A stretch of DNA of 44,564 nt from an uncultured Campylobacter sp. (GCA_900772495.1 CAAHEJ010000025.1:1-44564), one strand, 5' to 3'; counted from the first letter of the stretch, positions 7,680 through 21,042 are shown. Notes: generated from the letters alone by a model not told the origin. Numbers and translations: made by a program.

Positions 7680-10045
7680 AGGTTATCAAAAGAAACGGGC
7701 GCACCGAGGAAGTGGATATAAGCAAAATCCGCAAATACACCACAGACGCTGTGGCGGGGCTTAACAATGTCAATGTAAGCGAGCTGGAATTTGACGCGCA
7801 AATTCAGTTTAGAGACGGCATAACCACAGCCGAGATTCAAGACACGCTGATAAAAACAGCTGTGGATAAAATCGATGTGGATAGACCTGACTGGACCTTT
7901 GTGGCGGCACGGCTTTTTTTATACAGCCTGCATAAAAAAGTAAGCAAAACAAACGGCTACAACCATTTGCGCGAGTATTTTGAGCGCGGCGAAAAGGAAG
8001 GGCGCATTTTGCTGGGACTCAAAGAAAAGTATGATTTGGACGACTTAAACGACTACATAAAGCCTGAACGGGATTTGCAATTTACTTATTTGGGCATAAA
8101 AACCCTTTATGATAGGTATCTCATCAAGGACAAAAAGGGCGAGCCGATAGAACTGCCACAGCAAATGTTTATGGGCATAGCTATGTTTTTGGCGCAAAAT
8201 GAATTTAACCCACAAGAATGGGCGAAGAAATTTTATGATTTAATCTCCAAATTTGAAGTAATGCTTGCCACGCCCACGCTTTCAAACGCCCGCACGACAA
8301 GACATCAGCTCTCATCTTGCTACATAGGAAGCACGAGCGATAATATAGAAGGCATTTTTGATTCTTACAAAGAAATGGCTTTGCTTTCTAAATTTGGCGG
8401 TGGCGTGGGCTGGGACTGGTCTAAGGTGCGCGCTATGGGCGGCAGCATTGACGGACATAAAAACGCCGCTGGGGGCATAATACCTTTCTTAAAAATCACC
8501 AACGACATAGCCGTAGCGGTTGACCAGCTTGGCACACGAAAGGGCGCAATCGCCGTTTATATCGAGCCTTGGCATATGGATATAAATGATTTTATCGATT
8601 TGCGTAAGAATTCAGGCGAAGAAAGACGCCGCACGCACGAGCTTTTCCCTGCGCTGTGGATAAATGATTTGTTTATGAAAAGAGTGAAAGAAAACGCTAA
8701 ATGGACGCTTTTTGACCCGCTTGAAACAAGCGATTTGTGCGAGCTTTATGGAGAAGAGTTTGAAAAACGCTACGAAGAGTATGAAAAAGACGACACCATC
8801 AGCAAAGATATAATCGATGCAAAAGAGCTTTGGAAAAAGATTTTGCTGAACTACTTTGAAAGCGGAATGCCCTTTTTGTGCTTTAAAGATACGGCTAATC
8901 GCACCAACCCAAACCCACACGCTGGTATCATAAGAAGCTCAAATTTATGCACGGAAATCTTTCAAAACACCGAGCCAAACTACTATCAAATCAAAGTGAT
9001 TTTTGATGATAAAACAGAGCTGCATTTAGACGAAGAGCAAGAAATCAGTGTCGATGGCGGTATCAGCAAAAAGGCTAAAAAAATCTCAACGCTTGACAGC
9101 ATAAACGGCAAAAAGGTTTATATAGTCGAAAAATTCAAAAATGACGGCAAAACCGCCGTTTGCAACCTAGCAAGCATAAATTTAAGCAAGATAAACACCA
9201 AAGAGGACATCACAAGAGTCGTGCCAACGGCGGTGAGAATGCTTGATAATGTGATTGATTTGAATTTTTACCCGCACATAAAGGTAAAGGATACGAATTT
9301 AAAATCTCGCAGCATAGGACTTGGGGTAATGGGCGAAGCGCAAATGCTCGCGCAAAGGCAAATTCAATGGGGCAGCGAAGAGCATTTGCACACTATCGAC
9401 AGGATAATGGAGTATATAAGCTATGAGTGCATACAGGCTAGCTCAAATTTAGCCGTAGAAAAGGGCGCTTATGCGGACTTTAAAGGCTCAAATTGGAGCA
9501 AGGGGATTTTTCCTATCGATGTGGCAAATGACAAGGCAAAGGCGCTGACTTTAAGAGAAGGGCTTTTTGACCAAAGTGATTGTGATTGGGACAAGTTGCG
9601 CGAAAAGGTAAAAAAAGACGGAATGCGAAATGGTTATTTGATGGCTATCGCGCCCACTTCAAGCATCTCCATACTCGTAGGCACAACCCAAACCATAGAG
9701 CCTATCTACAAACGCAAATGGTTCGAGCAGAATTTAAGCGGTATGATACCCGTTGTCGTGCCAAATCTCAGCCTTGATAATTGGCAACACTACACGCCAT
9801 CTTATGAGCTAGACCAAAGAGTGCTTGTAAAGGCTGCTGCGGTGCGCGCTAAATGGATAGACCAAGGACAAAGCCTCAATATCTTTATGTCGCTTGACAA
9901 GGCAAGTGGCGGGTATCTTAACGAGATTTATATGCTTGCGTGGGAGCTTGGCGTGAAATCGACTTATTATTTGCGTAGCGAAAGCCCTGACAGCACAAAG
10001 GTAGATGTGGCGGACAGAAGCATAGAATGCGAAGGGTGTCAGTGA
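7676..10045 (+). CDS. nrdA: Class Ia ribonucleotide reductase alpha subunit
   Basis: ATP cone (VIKRNG), ATPTLSN, SSC, SNLCTEI, CNLASINL, APTSSIS, TYYLR, C-terminal CEGCQ. Confidence 0.97.
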   Translation: MKVIKRNGRTEEVDISKIRKYTTDAVAGLNNVNVSELEFDAQIQFRDGITTAEIQDTLIKTAVDKIDVDRPDWTFVAARLFLYSLHKKVSKTNGYNHLREYFERGEKEGRILLGLKEKYDLDDLNDYIKPERDLQFTYLGIKTLYDRYLIKDKKGEPIELPQQMFMGIAMFLAQNEFNPQEWAKKFYDLISKFEVMLATPTLSNARTTRHQLSSCYIGSTSDNIEGIFDSYKEMALLSKFGGGVGWDWSKVRAMGGSIDGHKNAAGGIIPFLKITNDIAVAVDQLGTRKGAIAVYIEPWHMDINDFIDLRKNSGEERRRTHELFPALWINDLFMKRVKENAKWTLFDPLETSDLCELYGEEFEKRYEEYEKDDTISKDIIDAKELWKKILLNYFESGMPFLCFKDTANRTNPNPHAGIIRSSNLCTEIFQNTEPNYYQIKVIFDDKTELHLDEEQEISVDGGISKKAKKISTLDSINGKKVYIVEKFKNDGKTAVCNLASINLSKINTKEDITRVVPTAVRMLDNVIDLNFYPHIKVKDTNLKSRSIGLGVMGEAQMLAQRQIQWGSEEHLHTIDRIMEYISYECIQASSNLAVEKGAYADFKGSNWSKGIFPIDVANDKAKALTLREGLFDQSDCDWDKLREKVKKDGMRNGYLMAIAPTSSISILVGTTQTIEPIYKRKWFEQNLSGMIPVVVPNLSLDNWQHYTPSYELDQRVLVKAAAVRAKWIDQGQSLNIFMSLDKASGGYLNEIYMLAWELGVKSTYYLRSESPDSTKVDVADRSIECEGCQ

Positions 10046-10168
10046 AATTTGTTTGTTTGCAATGATGGGTAAAATACGAAAATCAATACCTTTTAAAAAG
10101 AGATGATTAAATTTTTTACGGACTATCGCAAATTCATCAATTTAAATTTTTCAGCGATAGCAAATTTA

Positions 10169-10184
10169 TGTTTCATATGAAACA
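10169..10184. promoter_or_regulatory. parS-like site
   Basis: TGTTTCATATGAAACA, intergenic. Confidence 0.8.
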
Positions 10185-10187
10185 AAT

Positions 10188-10493
10188 TCATTTTACAAAA
10201 CGAGCCGTGATGATGGTGTAGCTTGAATAATTTATCGTCAGCCTTATGTCGTCAATTTCGCAATAATAATTTTTGCCCCATTTGCAACAACGACATTTTT
10301 TATCCGTGATTTTACTTTTGCAATATGCGTTTATCGCGTTTATGCTGCTCGTGTCGAGTTGTAAATTTCTCTGTATGCGCTCTGCTCCCTTTGGAGTGGT
10401 ATGGATTTTATCGATATGAGCGAGCAAATTTGCCATCGCATTTACTGAATGTGCAAGCTCTTGCGGAATTTTACGCGTGTTGAATTCACTCAT
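10188..10493 (-). CDS. DUF3781-like small protein
   Basis: LLAHIDKIHTTPKGAERIQRNL...GKNYY...TINYSSYTIITA resembles DUF3781 as recalled; ATGA-coupled to the upstream ORF. Confidence 0.7.
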   Translation of the reverse strand: MSEFNTRKIPQELAHSVNAMANLLAHIDKIHTTPKGAERIQRNLQLDTSSINAINAYCKSKITDKKCRCCKWGKNYYCEIDDIRLTINYSSYTIITARFVK

Positions 10494-10588
10494 TTTTTCT
10501 CATTTTTCAGCACGAAAATAATCCCCACAAGCCCGATAATCACCACGCCCACGATGAAAATCAACTCGCCTATGTCTAAAATCGTCAT
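10490..10588 (-). CDS. 32-aa single-TM small protein (not in ORF track)
   Basis: [44 protein letters not shown] overlaps with the rlmN stop and with the next start. Confidence 0.8.
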   Translation of the reverse strand: MTILDIGELIFIVGVVIIGLVGIIFVLKNEKK

Positions 10589-11997
10589 TTTTGTGTCCTT
10601 TCTTTGAGTTGTCCGCACGCCGCGCTTATGTCAAGCCCCTTGCTTTGCCGAACCGTGCAGGTGATACCCTTTGCGCTCAAAATGTCTTGGAATTTCACCG
10701 CATCTTCTACGCTCGGGCGGCGATATGTGCTGCCTTCGTGCGGGTTGAAAAGGATTAAATTCACCTTTGCTTTTATGCCATTTAGCAGGCGCACCAGCTC
10801 TTTGGCGTGCTGTGCGCTGTCATTTACGCCCGCTATCAGCAGGTATTCAAACATTATCTTTTTACGCTGATTTATGGGAAAGCCCCGCACAGCGTCCATA
10901 ACCGCGGCGATATTGTAAGCCTTGTTTATCGGCATCAACCTGTCTCGCAGCTCGTCATCAACAGCGTGCAGTGAAATCGCCAAAAGCACGCCCAAATTCA
11001 TCTCGCCAAGCTCTTTGATTTGCTTTGCAAGCCCGCTTGTGCTTATGGTTTGACGGCGCGGACTTATCGAAAGGGCATTGTTATCGCCCAAAATTCGCAC
11101 AGCGTGGCTTACATTTGTGAGATTATCCAAAGGTTCGCCCATACCCATATACACGACATTTACGCGGTGTGCGTAAGGGATTTTTTGCTGCTTTTTTATC
11201 CACAAAATCTGCCCGACTATCTCGCCCGCACTCAAATTTCGCTTCAATCCGCCCTTTGCGGTAAGGCAAAAAGAACAACCGCTTTTGCAACCAACCTGAG
11301 ATGAAACGCAAATCGTGTATCGCGGCGACTTGACGCGTTTGCCGTTTTCATCAAGGACTTCTTCTTTCATCGGTAAAAGGACGGACTCTATCAGCAAGCC
11401 GTCATTTAGGCGAAAAAGGTATTTGATACTTTTGTCCTTGCTTTGCTCGAATTTCACGCATTGCAAGGGCGAAAAGTGAAATTTCTGGCTCAACTCCGCA
11501 CGCATTTCTTTTGACAAAGACGACATTTGCGAAAAATCATCGGCATATTTTTGGTAAATCCACTCAAAAATTTGTTTCACGCGAAACATAGGCGAGATGA
11601 TTTTGGCAAGCTCATCGCTAGTAAAATCAAGCAAATTCAGCTTTTGAGTGGAATTTAAAGAGTTTAAAAATGGCGTTGAAACGGCACTTTGTCCTTTTGA
11701 ATTCAGCTCATTTGAATTTAGGCTTTGTGAATTTGTTAAATTTTGCTTTTGTGTTTTTGGCGTTTTTTGGCTTGTGAAATTTGCGTGTGAATTTGTTTTT
11801 GAAATTTGTGAATTTGCTTTTAAATTTTCTTTTAAATTTGTTTTTGCTGTCCTTTGGAATTTTTGAGCCTTTGAATTTTGCCCTTGTAAATTTGTGGAAT
11901 TTGAGTTTTTTTCATCTAAATTTAAATCAGCCTTTTTTACCCTTGTCGCTTTTTTGCCTAAATTTTCTTTTGATTTTTTTGTCATTTTTTCGCTCAC
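10585..11997 (-). CDS. rlmN: Dual-specificity RNA methyltransferase RlmN with about 118-aa low-complexity N-terminal extension
   Basis: [15 protein letters not shown] radical SAM motif, [20 protein letters not shown]. Confidence 0.95.
   Translation of the reverse strand: MSEKMTKKSKENLGKKATRVKKADLNLDEKNSNSTNLQGQNSKAQKFQRTAKTNLKENLKANSQISKTNSHANFTSQKTPKTQKQNLTNSQSLNSNELNSKGQSAVSTPFLNSLNSTQKLNLLDFTSDELAKIISPMFRVKQIFEWIYQKYADDFSQMSSLSKEMRAELSQKFHFSPLQCVKFEQSKDKSIKYLFRLNDGLLIESVLLPMKEEVLDENGKRVKSPRYTICVSSQVGCKSGCSFCLTAKGGLKRNLSAGEIVGQILWIKKQQKIPYAHRVNVVYMGMGEPLDNLTNVSHAVRILGDNNALSISPRRQTISTSGLAKQIKELGEMNLGVLLAISLHAVDDELRDRLMPINKAYNIAAVMDAVRGFPINQRKKIMFEYLLIAGVNDSAQHAKELVRLLNGIKAKVNLILFNPHEGSTYRRPSVEDAVKFQDILSAKGITCTVRQSKGLDISAACGQLKERTQK
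11573..11588. promoter_or_regulatory. parS-like site inside rlmN
   Basis: TGTTTCACGCGAAACA, one mismatch to consensus. Confidence 0.75.
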
Positions 11998-12006
11998 ATT
12001 TTCGCC

Positions 12007-12666
12007 TTAAATCAAATTCTTTTCTTGCAAAAAATGCTCTAAATTTTTCTTCGCCTGAGTGTGATTTTGCAAAAAACTTTGATGAGCGTTTTTGTCGCAA
12101 AAATTTGTCGCGCACAAAAAACAAGTCGCGCTTATGCCAAAGCGTTTAGCAAGGCTCAGCACCGCAAAGCTCTCCATATTTTCAAGCTCCAAGCCCAAAT
12201 CCGCAAACCTTGCCGCCACATTTTCGTCCGTGCAGATATAGTTTGATGAGTTGCATTTTTTTGTTTCATATGAAACATTGAGATTGATTTCACACTCGGC
12301 GGGGCTGTAAAAAGCATTTGTGAGCTTGCTCGCTTCTACATTAAAACAATGCGCGCTTTCATAAATTTCAAGCAGTTTCAAAGGCTTTTGATTTTCGCTT
12401 ACTAGATTTTTTACGCCTAAATTTCCCTTTATCTCGCTCTTTTTGCTTAAATTTAAACTCTCGCCCTTTTGATACAGCCCACAAGTGCCGATGAAAATAA
12501 TTCTATCGGGCTTTTTCGCCCCAGCACCCAAAGCATTAAATTTAAACAAAAGTTCGCAAAGCCCAGCACTTGCTTCAACCAAGCCCACGCCTATACTTTT
12601 AGCAAAGCTAAAATCCTCATTTTTCCCCGCACACACGATGAGCGTTTTCATTCTATCATTTTTCAT
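12007..12666 (-). CDS. Nucleoside phosphorylase/MTA-SAH nucleosidase-like protein
   Basis: CAGKNE, IGVGLV, IIFIGTCG, ENMESFAV, ATNFC (PNP/UDP family pattern). Confidence 0.75.
   Translation of the reverse strand: MKNDRMKTLIVCAGKNEDFSFAKSIGVGLVEASAGLCELLFKFNALGAGAKKPDRIIFIGTCGLYQKGESLNLSKKSEIKGNLGVKNLVSENQKPLKLLEIYESAHCFNVEASKLTNAFYSPAECEINLNVSYETKKCNSSNYICTDENVAARFADLGLELENMESFAVLSLAKRFGISATCFLCATNFCDKNAHQSFLQNHTQAKKNLEHFLQEKNLI
12262..12277. promoter_or_regulatory. parS-like site inside CDS
   Basis: TGTTTCATATGAAACA. Confidence 0.78.
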
Positions 12667-12686
12667 AGCATAAATTTCTCAAATTC

Positions 12687-13988
12687 TCACAAAAGTATCG
12701 TTATCACACTTCCTAAAATCAACAAAGGCAAGTTGTAAAAAATAAAAGTCGGTATGCAAGTGTCTCTTATGTGGTCGTGCTGTTTGTCTGCATTGAGTCC
12801 TGCACTCACACCCAAAGTCGTTTCGCTTGCCACGCTTCCAGCATCTCCCAAAGCCCCAGCTATGCCGATGATGAAAATTATCGCCGCGTTTGAAAAGCCA
12901 AGCGAAAGGCATAGAGGACAAAACAAAGCCGCGATTATCGGTATAGTCCCAAAAGAAGTGCCTATACCCATAGTGATGACAAGCCCAACAAAGAGCATAG
13001 CAAAGACAGCTACAAGTGCATTTTCTTGTATAAAAGGCATAAGTGTTAGCACAAAGCTATCTATGCCTCCGCTTGCTTTTAGCACCTCAGCATAACCGCT
13101 TGCAACTATCATTATAAAGGCTATGTAGCCCATAAGTTTCAAGCCATCATCAAAGACATCGTCTATCTTTTTATACTCCACTCCACCCAAAATCACCATA
13201 GTTACAAAGCCCAAAAGCCCAGCTAATGGCAAATTTGAAGTGTAAAGTTGTAAAGCGAGTGTCAGCACAAGCCCGATGAGAACGCCCCATTCTTTTCGAC
13301 TCATCTTTAAATTCTCAAAGTTTATTTTCTTAATCTCAGCCTCTTTGTATTCGCGCGGTTTAGCATAAAAGACAAATACTGACAGCACAAGCCCAACAAG
13401 CATACAAATCACCGCCAAGCTCATCGTTGCAGTAACTTCGCCAAGCTCGACAATGACACCATTTTCGGCGAGGCTATCTTTGATAATCGTTTGGAAAATC
13501 AGCCCAAAGCCCAAAGGCAGCACCATATAAGGCGTGGTAAGCCCAAAGGTAAGCGCACAAGCTACGGCGCGGCGGTCGATTTTTAGGCGATTAAACAGCA
13601 CAAGCAAGGGTGGGATTAAGATAGGGATAAAGGCGATATGAATGGGAACAAGGTTTTGCGAAAAGCACGAAATGAGTGCAAGGCTTAAAAGTAGCACAAA
13701 TTTGCGTTGTGAAAGGGCTTTGGAGACGATTTTGATGAGATATGCCGTTAAATTCGTGCGTGAAATCGCCGCCGCAACGGCTCCTAGCAAGATATAGCTA
13801 AGAGCTGTTTTGAGATTACCTTGCATACCTTTGATGAGCGTATCCATAGTGTCAAGCATAGAGTTGCCAGACAGCACTCCTGCCACAAGCGCGGACACAA
13901 GTATGCTTAAAAGCACATTGAAACGAAACAAACACAACGCAGTCATCATCACAACGCTGATTAGCACGGGGTTTGACAAAATCATCAC
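12687..13988 (-). CDS. Na+/H+ antiporter-family (NhaC/YuiF-like) membrane transporter
   Basis: Multi-TM protein; SQNLVPIHIAFIP, MGIGTSFGTIP, GDAGSVASETTLG, HDHIRDTCIP. Confidence 0.8.
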   Translation of the reverse strand: MMILSNPVLISVVMMTALCLFRFNVLLSILVSALVAGVLSGNSMLDTMDTLIKGMQGNLKTALSYILLGAVAAAISRTNLTAYLIKIVSKALSQRKFVLLLSLALISCFSQNLVPIHIAFIPILIPPLLVLFNRLKIDRRAVACALTFGLTTPYMVLPLGFGLIFQTIIKDSLAENGVIVELGEVTATMSLAVICMLVGLVLSVFVFYAKPREYKEAEIKKINFENLKMSRKEWGVLIGLVLTLALQLYTSNLPLAGLLGFVTMVILGGVEYKKIDDVFDDGLKLMGYIAFIMIVASGYAEVLKASGGIDSFVLTLMPFIQENALVAVFAMLFVGLVITMGIGTSFGTIPIIAALFCPLCLSLGFSNAAIIFIIGIAGALGDAGSVASETTLGVSAGLNADKQHDHIRDTCIPTFIFYNLPLLILGSVITILL

Positions 13989-14503
13989 AAATCCTTAACG
14001 CCAAAATTTAGCTCGGCTTAAATTTTAATTTGGCTTTTTTTAATCCAAAATGTTATTGTAGAAAATTATGCTTGAAAAAATAATAAATTTAGCGATAAAT
14101 TTAGAAAAAAATTTGTTTTTTTAAATTTTGAGCTAAAATTTTGCATAAATTTTTGCAAAAGTTAAATTTGTGATGAAAAATTTAATAAAAATAGTGCAAT
14201 GAAACCGACAAAAATTTGCCAGCCACTTTTTGGGGAAGCGGCGTGGCAATAGATTGAAGGTTTTACCAAGCCTAAAAGCAATCTTAATCGCAAAACTACC
14301 TTAATAGACTTGCGAAAAGGATTTTTACACATTATACTCGGTGTTAAATTTGTGTGCAATTTGCATATACCTAAATGCACTTTTTGCACGCTCGTTTTAA
14401 TGCAAGCAAATTTCATACCAATTTTATATATATCGCTTAATTTTTAAGCATTTTTTTGATAAAATAGCGTTAAAAGCTCATTATCGCCACATTAAAAGCC
14501 TTT

Positions 14504-15121
14504 TCACTCACTAATGCAGTTTTCAAACAAAAATTTATGCTCATCTGGCAAGGCGTTATATATGGCGTGAGCGAGCTTTTGTATCTCCCAAAGTGCGCTT
14601 TTGCCACTTCTTAAATGCAAGAAATTTTGCAAAGAGCGCGCATTTATAGTCCAAGTAAGCTCGGTTTTGTAGCTTTCGACTAGGCAATACTTTGCTATGT
14701 CAAGGCTGATGGTGCTTTGTAGGATAAGGCGTAGGTTTTCAAGTGCCGCTATGCTCGCATTATCCACACTTTCATTGCCGCTTAACACAAGATATTTGGC
14801 GGCTCGCTCAAACTCGCCTTGCTTAAATTCGCTTTCATTTCGCAGTTCTTTAAGGGTGTAGCGCGTGGATTTGACGCTCAAACTTGCGTGGCGATGGCGG
14901 GCAAGTTCTTGCAAGCACGCCCGCGAAATGCCCTGAATGTAAAAGGTGTAGTTTAAATGCTCCAAAGTCGAAGCGTGCTTGAATTTGTTGCCTACTCTGT
15001 CGATAAGCTCTTTATCCACAGCCCCGCCGTCATCGCTTTTGGCAAAGCTTTGCCAGCAGGTGCGTATGGCGTGGGAACAGACTTTTAAGTCAGTGTATGA
15101 AAGTAAGGTTATTTTCATCAT
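14504..15121 (-). CDS. thyX: FAD-dependent thymidylate synthase
   Basis: HASTLEH, SRACLQELARHRHASLSVKSTRY, NARSLQNF. Confidence 0.96.
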   Translation of the reverse strand: MMKITLLSYTDLKVCSHAIRTCWQSFAKSDDGGAVDKELIDRVGNKFKHASTLEHLNYTFYIQGISRACLQELARHRHASLSVKSTRYTLKELRNESEFKQGEFERAAKYLVLSGNESVDNASIAALENLRLILQSTISLDIAKYCLVESYKTELTWTINARSLQNFLHLRSGKSALWEIQKLAHAIYNALPDEHKFLFENCISE

Positions 15122-15456
15122 TTGTCCTTTATGGCGTGGCTTTTGTGCGCTTTTGCAAATCTTGCTCGATGAGCTTAAATGCGCCCTTTATGCTCGCGCA
15201 AATTCAAGCATTCCAAAGCCCTTGCCTTGTAAAATCATCAAATTTAAGGCTTAAATTTGCCTTGTCAAAATACTTGCGAAATTATAATCAAGTAGAGTGA
15301 ATTTTAGTTTAAATTTTTGCAAAATTTTGTTTTAAAATTCATAAATTTAGGCTAAAATTTGCCAAGCAAATGTAAAAATTTGCGCCAAAGCGTGAATTTT
15401 TAGGCAAACAAACAGAGCAAAGCTCATAAAATGGGATTTATATAAGATAAATTTAG

Positions 15457-18677
<3,221 letters not shown>

Positions 18678-18694
<17 letters not shown>

Positions 18695-19025
18695 TGAGGA
18701 TTATGAATTTGAGCTTGAAGTAAGGGGCTTTTTGCGTGGCGATAAAACTGAGGGGTATTGCCGAAATGGCGAAGAAATCGGCGACAGCTACAAATGCACC
18801 TATGGTTGCCCCACGAATTCGCAAGGGCAAGGCATTTGCTCGAAAATGATGATACTATTTCCGCTTATGGAGGCGGTGCGAAGTGGCGGAGATTTGCGAA
18901 ATTTAGGCGGACAGAGCAAATTCAGCAAGGATATAGTTTGCCCCGATGGTTGCGTGATTTTCAAACTCACAGCCAACAAAACAAACAAGCCAAATTTCTT
19001 TAAAGTCATCAACGAAAGCAAATAA
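18678..19025 (+). CDS. TIGR04076-like Cys-rich small protein
   Basis: YCRNGEEIGD..CTYGCP..GICS..PLMEAVRSGG..CPDGCVIF pattern; AAGGA SD. Confidence 0.7.
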
Positions 19026-19105
19026 TCACAAACACAAAGTCAAATGATTTACACTTGGTTAATGCCTTGATATTACAATGGTTTATAAAAACAAAAGGAG
19101 ATGAA

Positions 19106-20176
19106 ATGAAAAAGTGGTTCTTGTGTCTTTTGTGCTTTTGCTTTGTTTATGCAAATGATGACATTGTGATTGATGAGCATTATTTTAATCAAATGCTTTA
19201 TAGTCTCATCTTTGGGGCAAGTTGTGATGAAAAAGTAGCACATCAACACTCGGCTTTTAGCCCAAATACCATTACCGTGTATAATGGCAGCAGTATTGAT
19301 GGCTTAAAATACGATGAAAACTCCAAACAAAGCAAAATCATTCGCTTTGCGGGCAATTTTTTAGTGGGCGGGATAAAAGAAAATGCAAATTTTATCAGTG
19401 CTGACAGAGCCATTTCTTACGCTCTGCAAAATGACACTTTGAGCGTGAAAAGTGTTTGCGATAAGCAAAGTTTTAGCATTTTGCACTTTAAAAACGGCGA
19501 TTTTAACATAAAACTAGGCACAAATCCCACAAAAGAGCTTGCCATAGTAATCAACGCAAATTCATCTATGCAAAAATACAATGCCGCACTCAAAGAAATA
19601 GCCCCTTTTATCGCTCAAAATATCTTTAAAGACGGACAAAACTACGCTAAAATCTCGCTTGTGTCTTTTTCTGGCTTAGATTCAACCGAGCTTGGCACAT
19701 TTTATGATGAGCAAAGTTTCACAAAGGCTTTAAACAAGATAAAAAGCAAGAACGCGCAGACAAGAATGCTTAATCTTTCTTTGATTAAGGCTATGTCAAA
19801 TTTTACAAAGGACAATGGCTTGACAAAGGAAATTTATCTCATCAGCAACGCTGAGCCAAGCGATATGCAAAACTCTCAAAAGGTGCTTACTTTAACGAGC
19901 AATCTTAATCAAAACATAGTCAAAAACTCCAAAAACAAAGCGCAAAACCTTGTGAAAATTCACACCTTTGCCATCGGGGCTGATTTAAAATACCTTAAAG
20001 ATTTAGCCCAAGCTACAAATGGCACTTATCATAATGCGGGCAATGCTTATGATTTTAAAAAGCAAATTCTTACCACAAGCAACGATGGCAAGGACTTTGA
20101 TATGCGTAAAATCGACAAAGAAATAAGAATCAACAAGGCACACAAAGCCTACGACCCTGATAACCCTGATGAGTGA
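19106..20176 (+). CDS. Exported vWA-domain protein
   Basis: AAAGGAG SD and signal peptide MKKWFLCLLCFCFVYA. vWA pattern LAIVINANSSM, ISLVSFS, IYLISNAEP, IHTFAIG, LAQATNGTY. Confidence 0.75.
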   Translation: MKKWFLCLLCFCFVYANDDIVIDEHYFNQMLYSLIFGASCDEKVAHQHSAFSPNTITVYNGSSIDGLKYDENSKQSKIIRFAGNFLVGGIKENANFISADRAISYALQNDTLSVKSVCDKQSFSILHFKNGDFNIKLGTNPTKELAIVINANSSMQKYNAALKEIAPFIAQNIFKDGQNYAKISLVSFSGLDSTELGTFYDEQSFTKALNKIKSKNAQTRMLNLSLIKAMSNFTKDNGLTKEIYLISNAEPSDMQNSQKVLTLTSNLNQNIVKNSKNKAQNLVKIHTFAIGADLKYLKDLAQATNGTYHNAGNAYDFKKQILTTSNDGKDFDMRKIDKEIRINKAHKAYDPDNPDE

Positions 20177-20280
20177 TTTGGCTTTGTTTTGTGTGAATTT
20201 GCTTGTGGCTGAATTTAAGGTTTAGCCTAAGCTAAATAAAAGCAAACAAAGATATTAACAAGCCTTGTTTTATCGCACTT

Positions 20281-20886
20281 TTATGGCTTAATGCAATTTT
20301 TGCACGCTAAAAGAATTTTATCATCAAGCCATTTTATATTTGGCGTTATAAAATTTTCTAGGCAATGCGTTGTTTTATCGTATTTAAAAATTTTTTTACA
20401 CTGCTTTGTGTTGTCAAACAAAATGATTTTATCGCAAAATTCAAACACTTTTGAAAGGTTGCGCAAAGATTCATCAAAGCGTTTATCAATAATGCGCTCA
20501 TCAACGCCGTGTCCGCCTTTTTCTACCCTTGCTCTTACTCTTTCTTTGGCTATTTGTGGCGTATTTACGCCCACATAATAAAGCTGAATTTTGTAATCCT
20601 TGCTTTTTAGTTCTTTGAAAAGATTAAGTATGCTTTTGCCGCAAAGCGTTGTTTCTTGGTTGAAATTTGCGCTCATTTGGATACAATTTTGACGCACTTT
20701 TAGGGCTATTTTAGCGGCTTTAAATTGGTCGTTTGGATTTTTCCAACTCCCAAAACTACTGACAAATTCATCGGTGTTTATGCGTGTGCCAAAGTATTTG
20801 TTTCTTAAAAGCTCATCATAATAAAGCGTGCTTTTGCCCGCTCCGTTAATGCCCGCAAAGATAAAAGCCGTAGGCTTTGCATTCAT
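20281..20886 (-). CDS. Zeta-toxin-like P-loop kinase/ATPase
   Basis: FAGINGAGKST Walker A, INTDE, ETTLCG, RVRARVEKGGHGV, FDNT. Confidence 0.8.
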   Translation of the reverse strand: MNAKPTAFIFAGINGAGKSTLYYDELLRNKYFGTRINTDEFVSSFGSWKNPNDQFKAAKIALKVRQNCIQMSANFNQETTLCGKSILNLFKELKSKDYKIQLYYVGVNTPQIAKERVRARVEKGGHGVDERIIDKRFDESLRNLSKVFEFCDKIILFDNTKQCKKIFKYDKTTHCLENFITPNIKWLDDKILLACKNCIKP

Positions 20887-20943
20887 ATTTTTTGTCCTTT
20901 TTTGTGTTTATTTTAGCACATTTTCACTCATTTTAAATTTAAA

Positions 20944-20967
20944 AAATTCAAATTCAAATTCAAATTC
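20944..20967 (+). repeat. (AAATTC)x4 tandem repeat
   Basis: Seen directly in the intergenic region upstream of the zeta-like gene. Confidence 0.7.
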
Positions 20968-21042
20968 CACGCGCAAAATTTTCGCCCGTTTAGTATTTGA
21001 TTTAGCATTTCATTAAAAGCAAATTTAAATTCGTGCGAAAAT

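Noticed and set aside
8960..9150. Roughly 60-aa segment in NrdA after SNLCTEI as a possible intein
   Set aside because: It has no Cys/Ser start, His-Asn end or endonuclease motifs, and I recall it as normal in Campylobacterales NrdA.
7676..10045. nrdA without adjacent nrdB
   Set aside because: The two genes are unlinked in Campylobacter as recalled, so this is not unusual.
14162..14416. 84-aa ORF between the antiporter and thyX
   Set aside because: It lies in AT-rich intergenic DNA with a repeat relic, and has no SD or recognisable motif.
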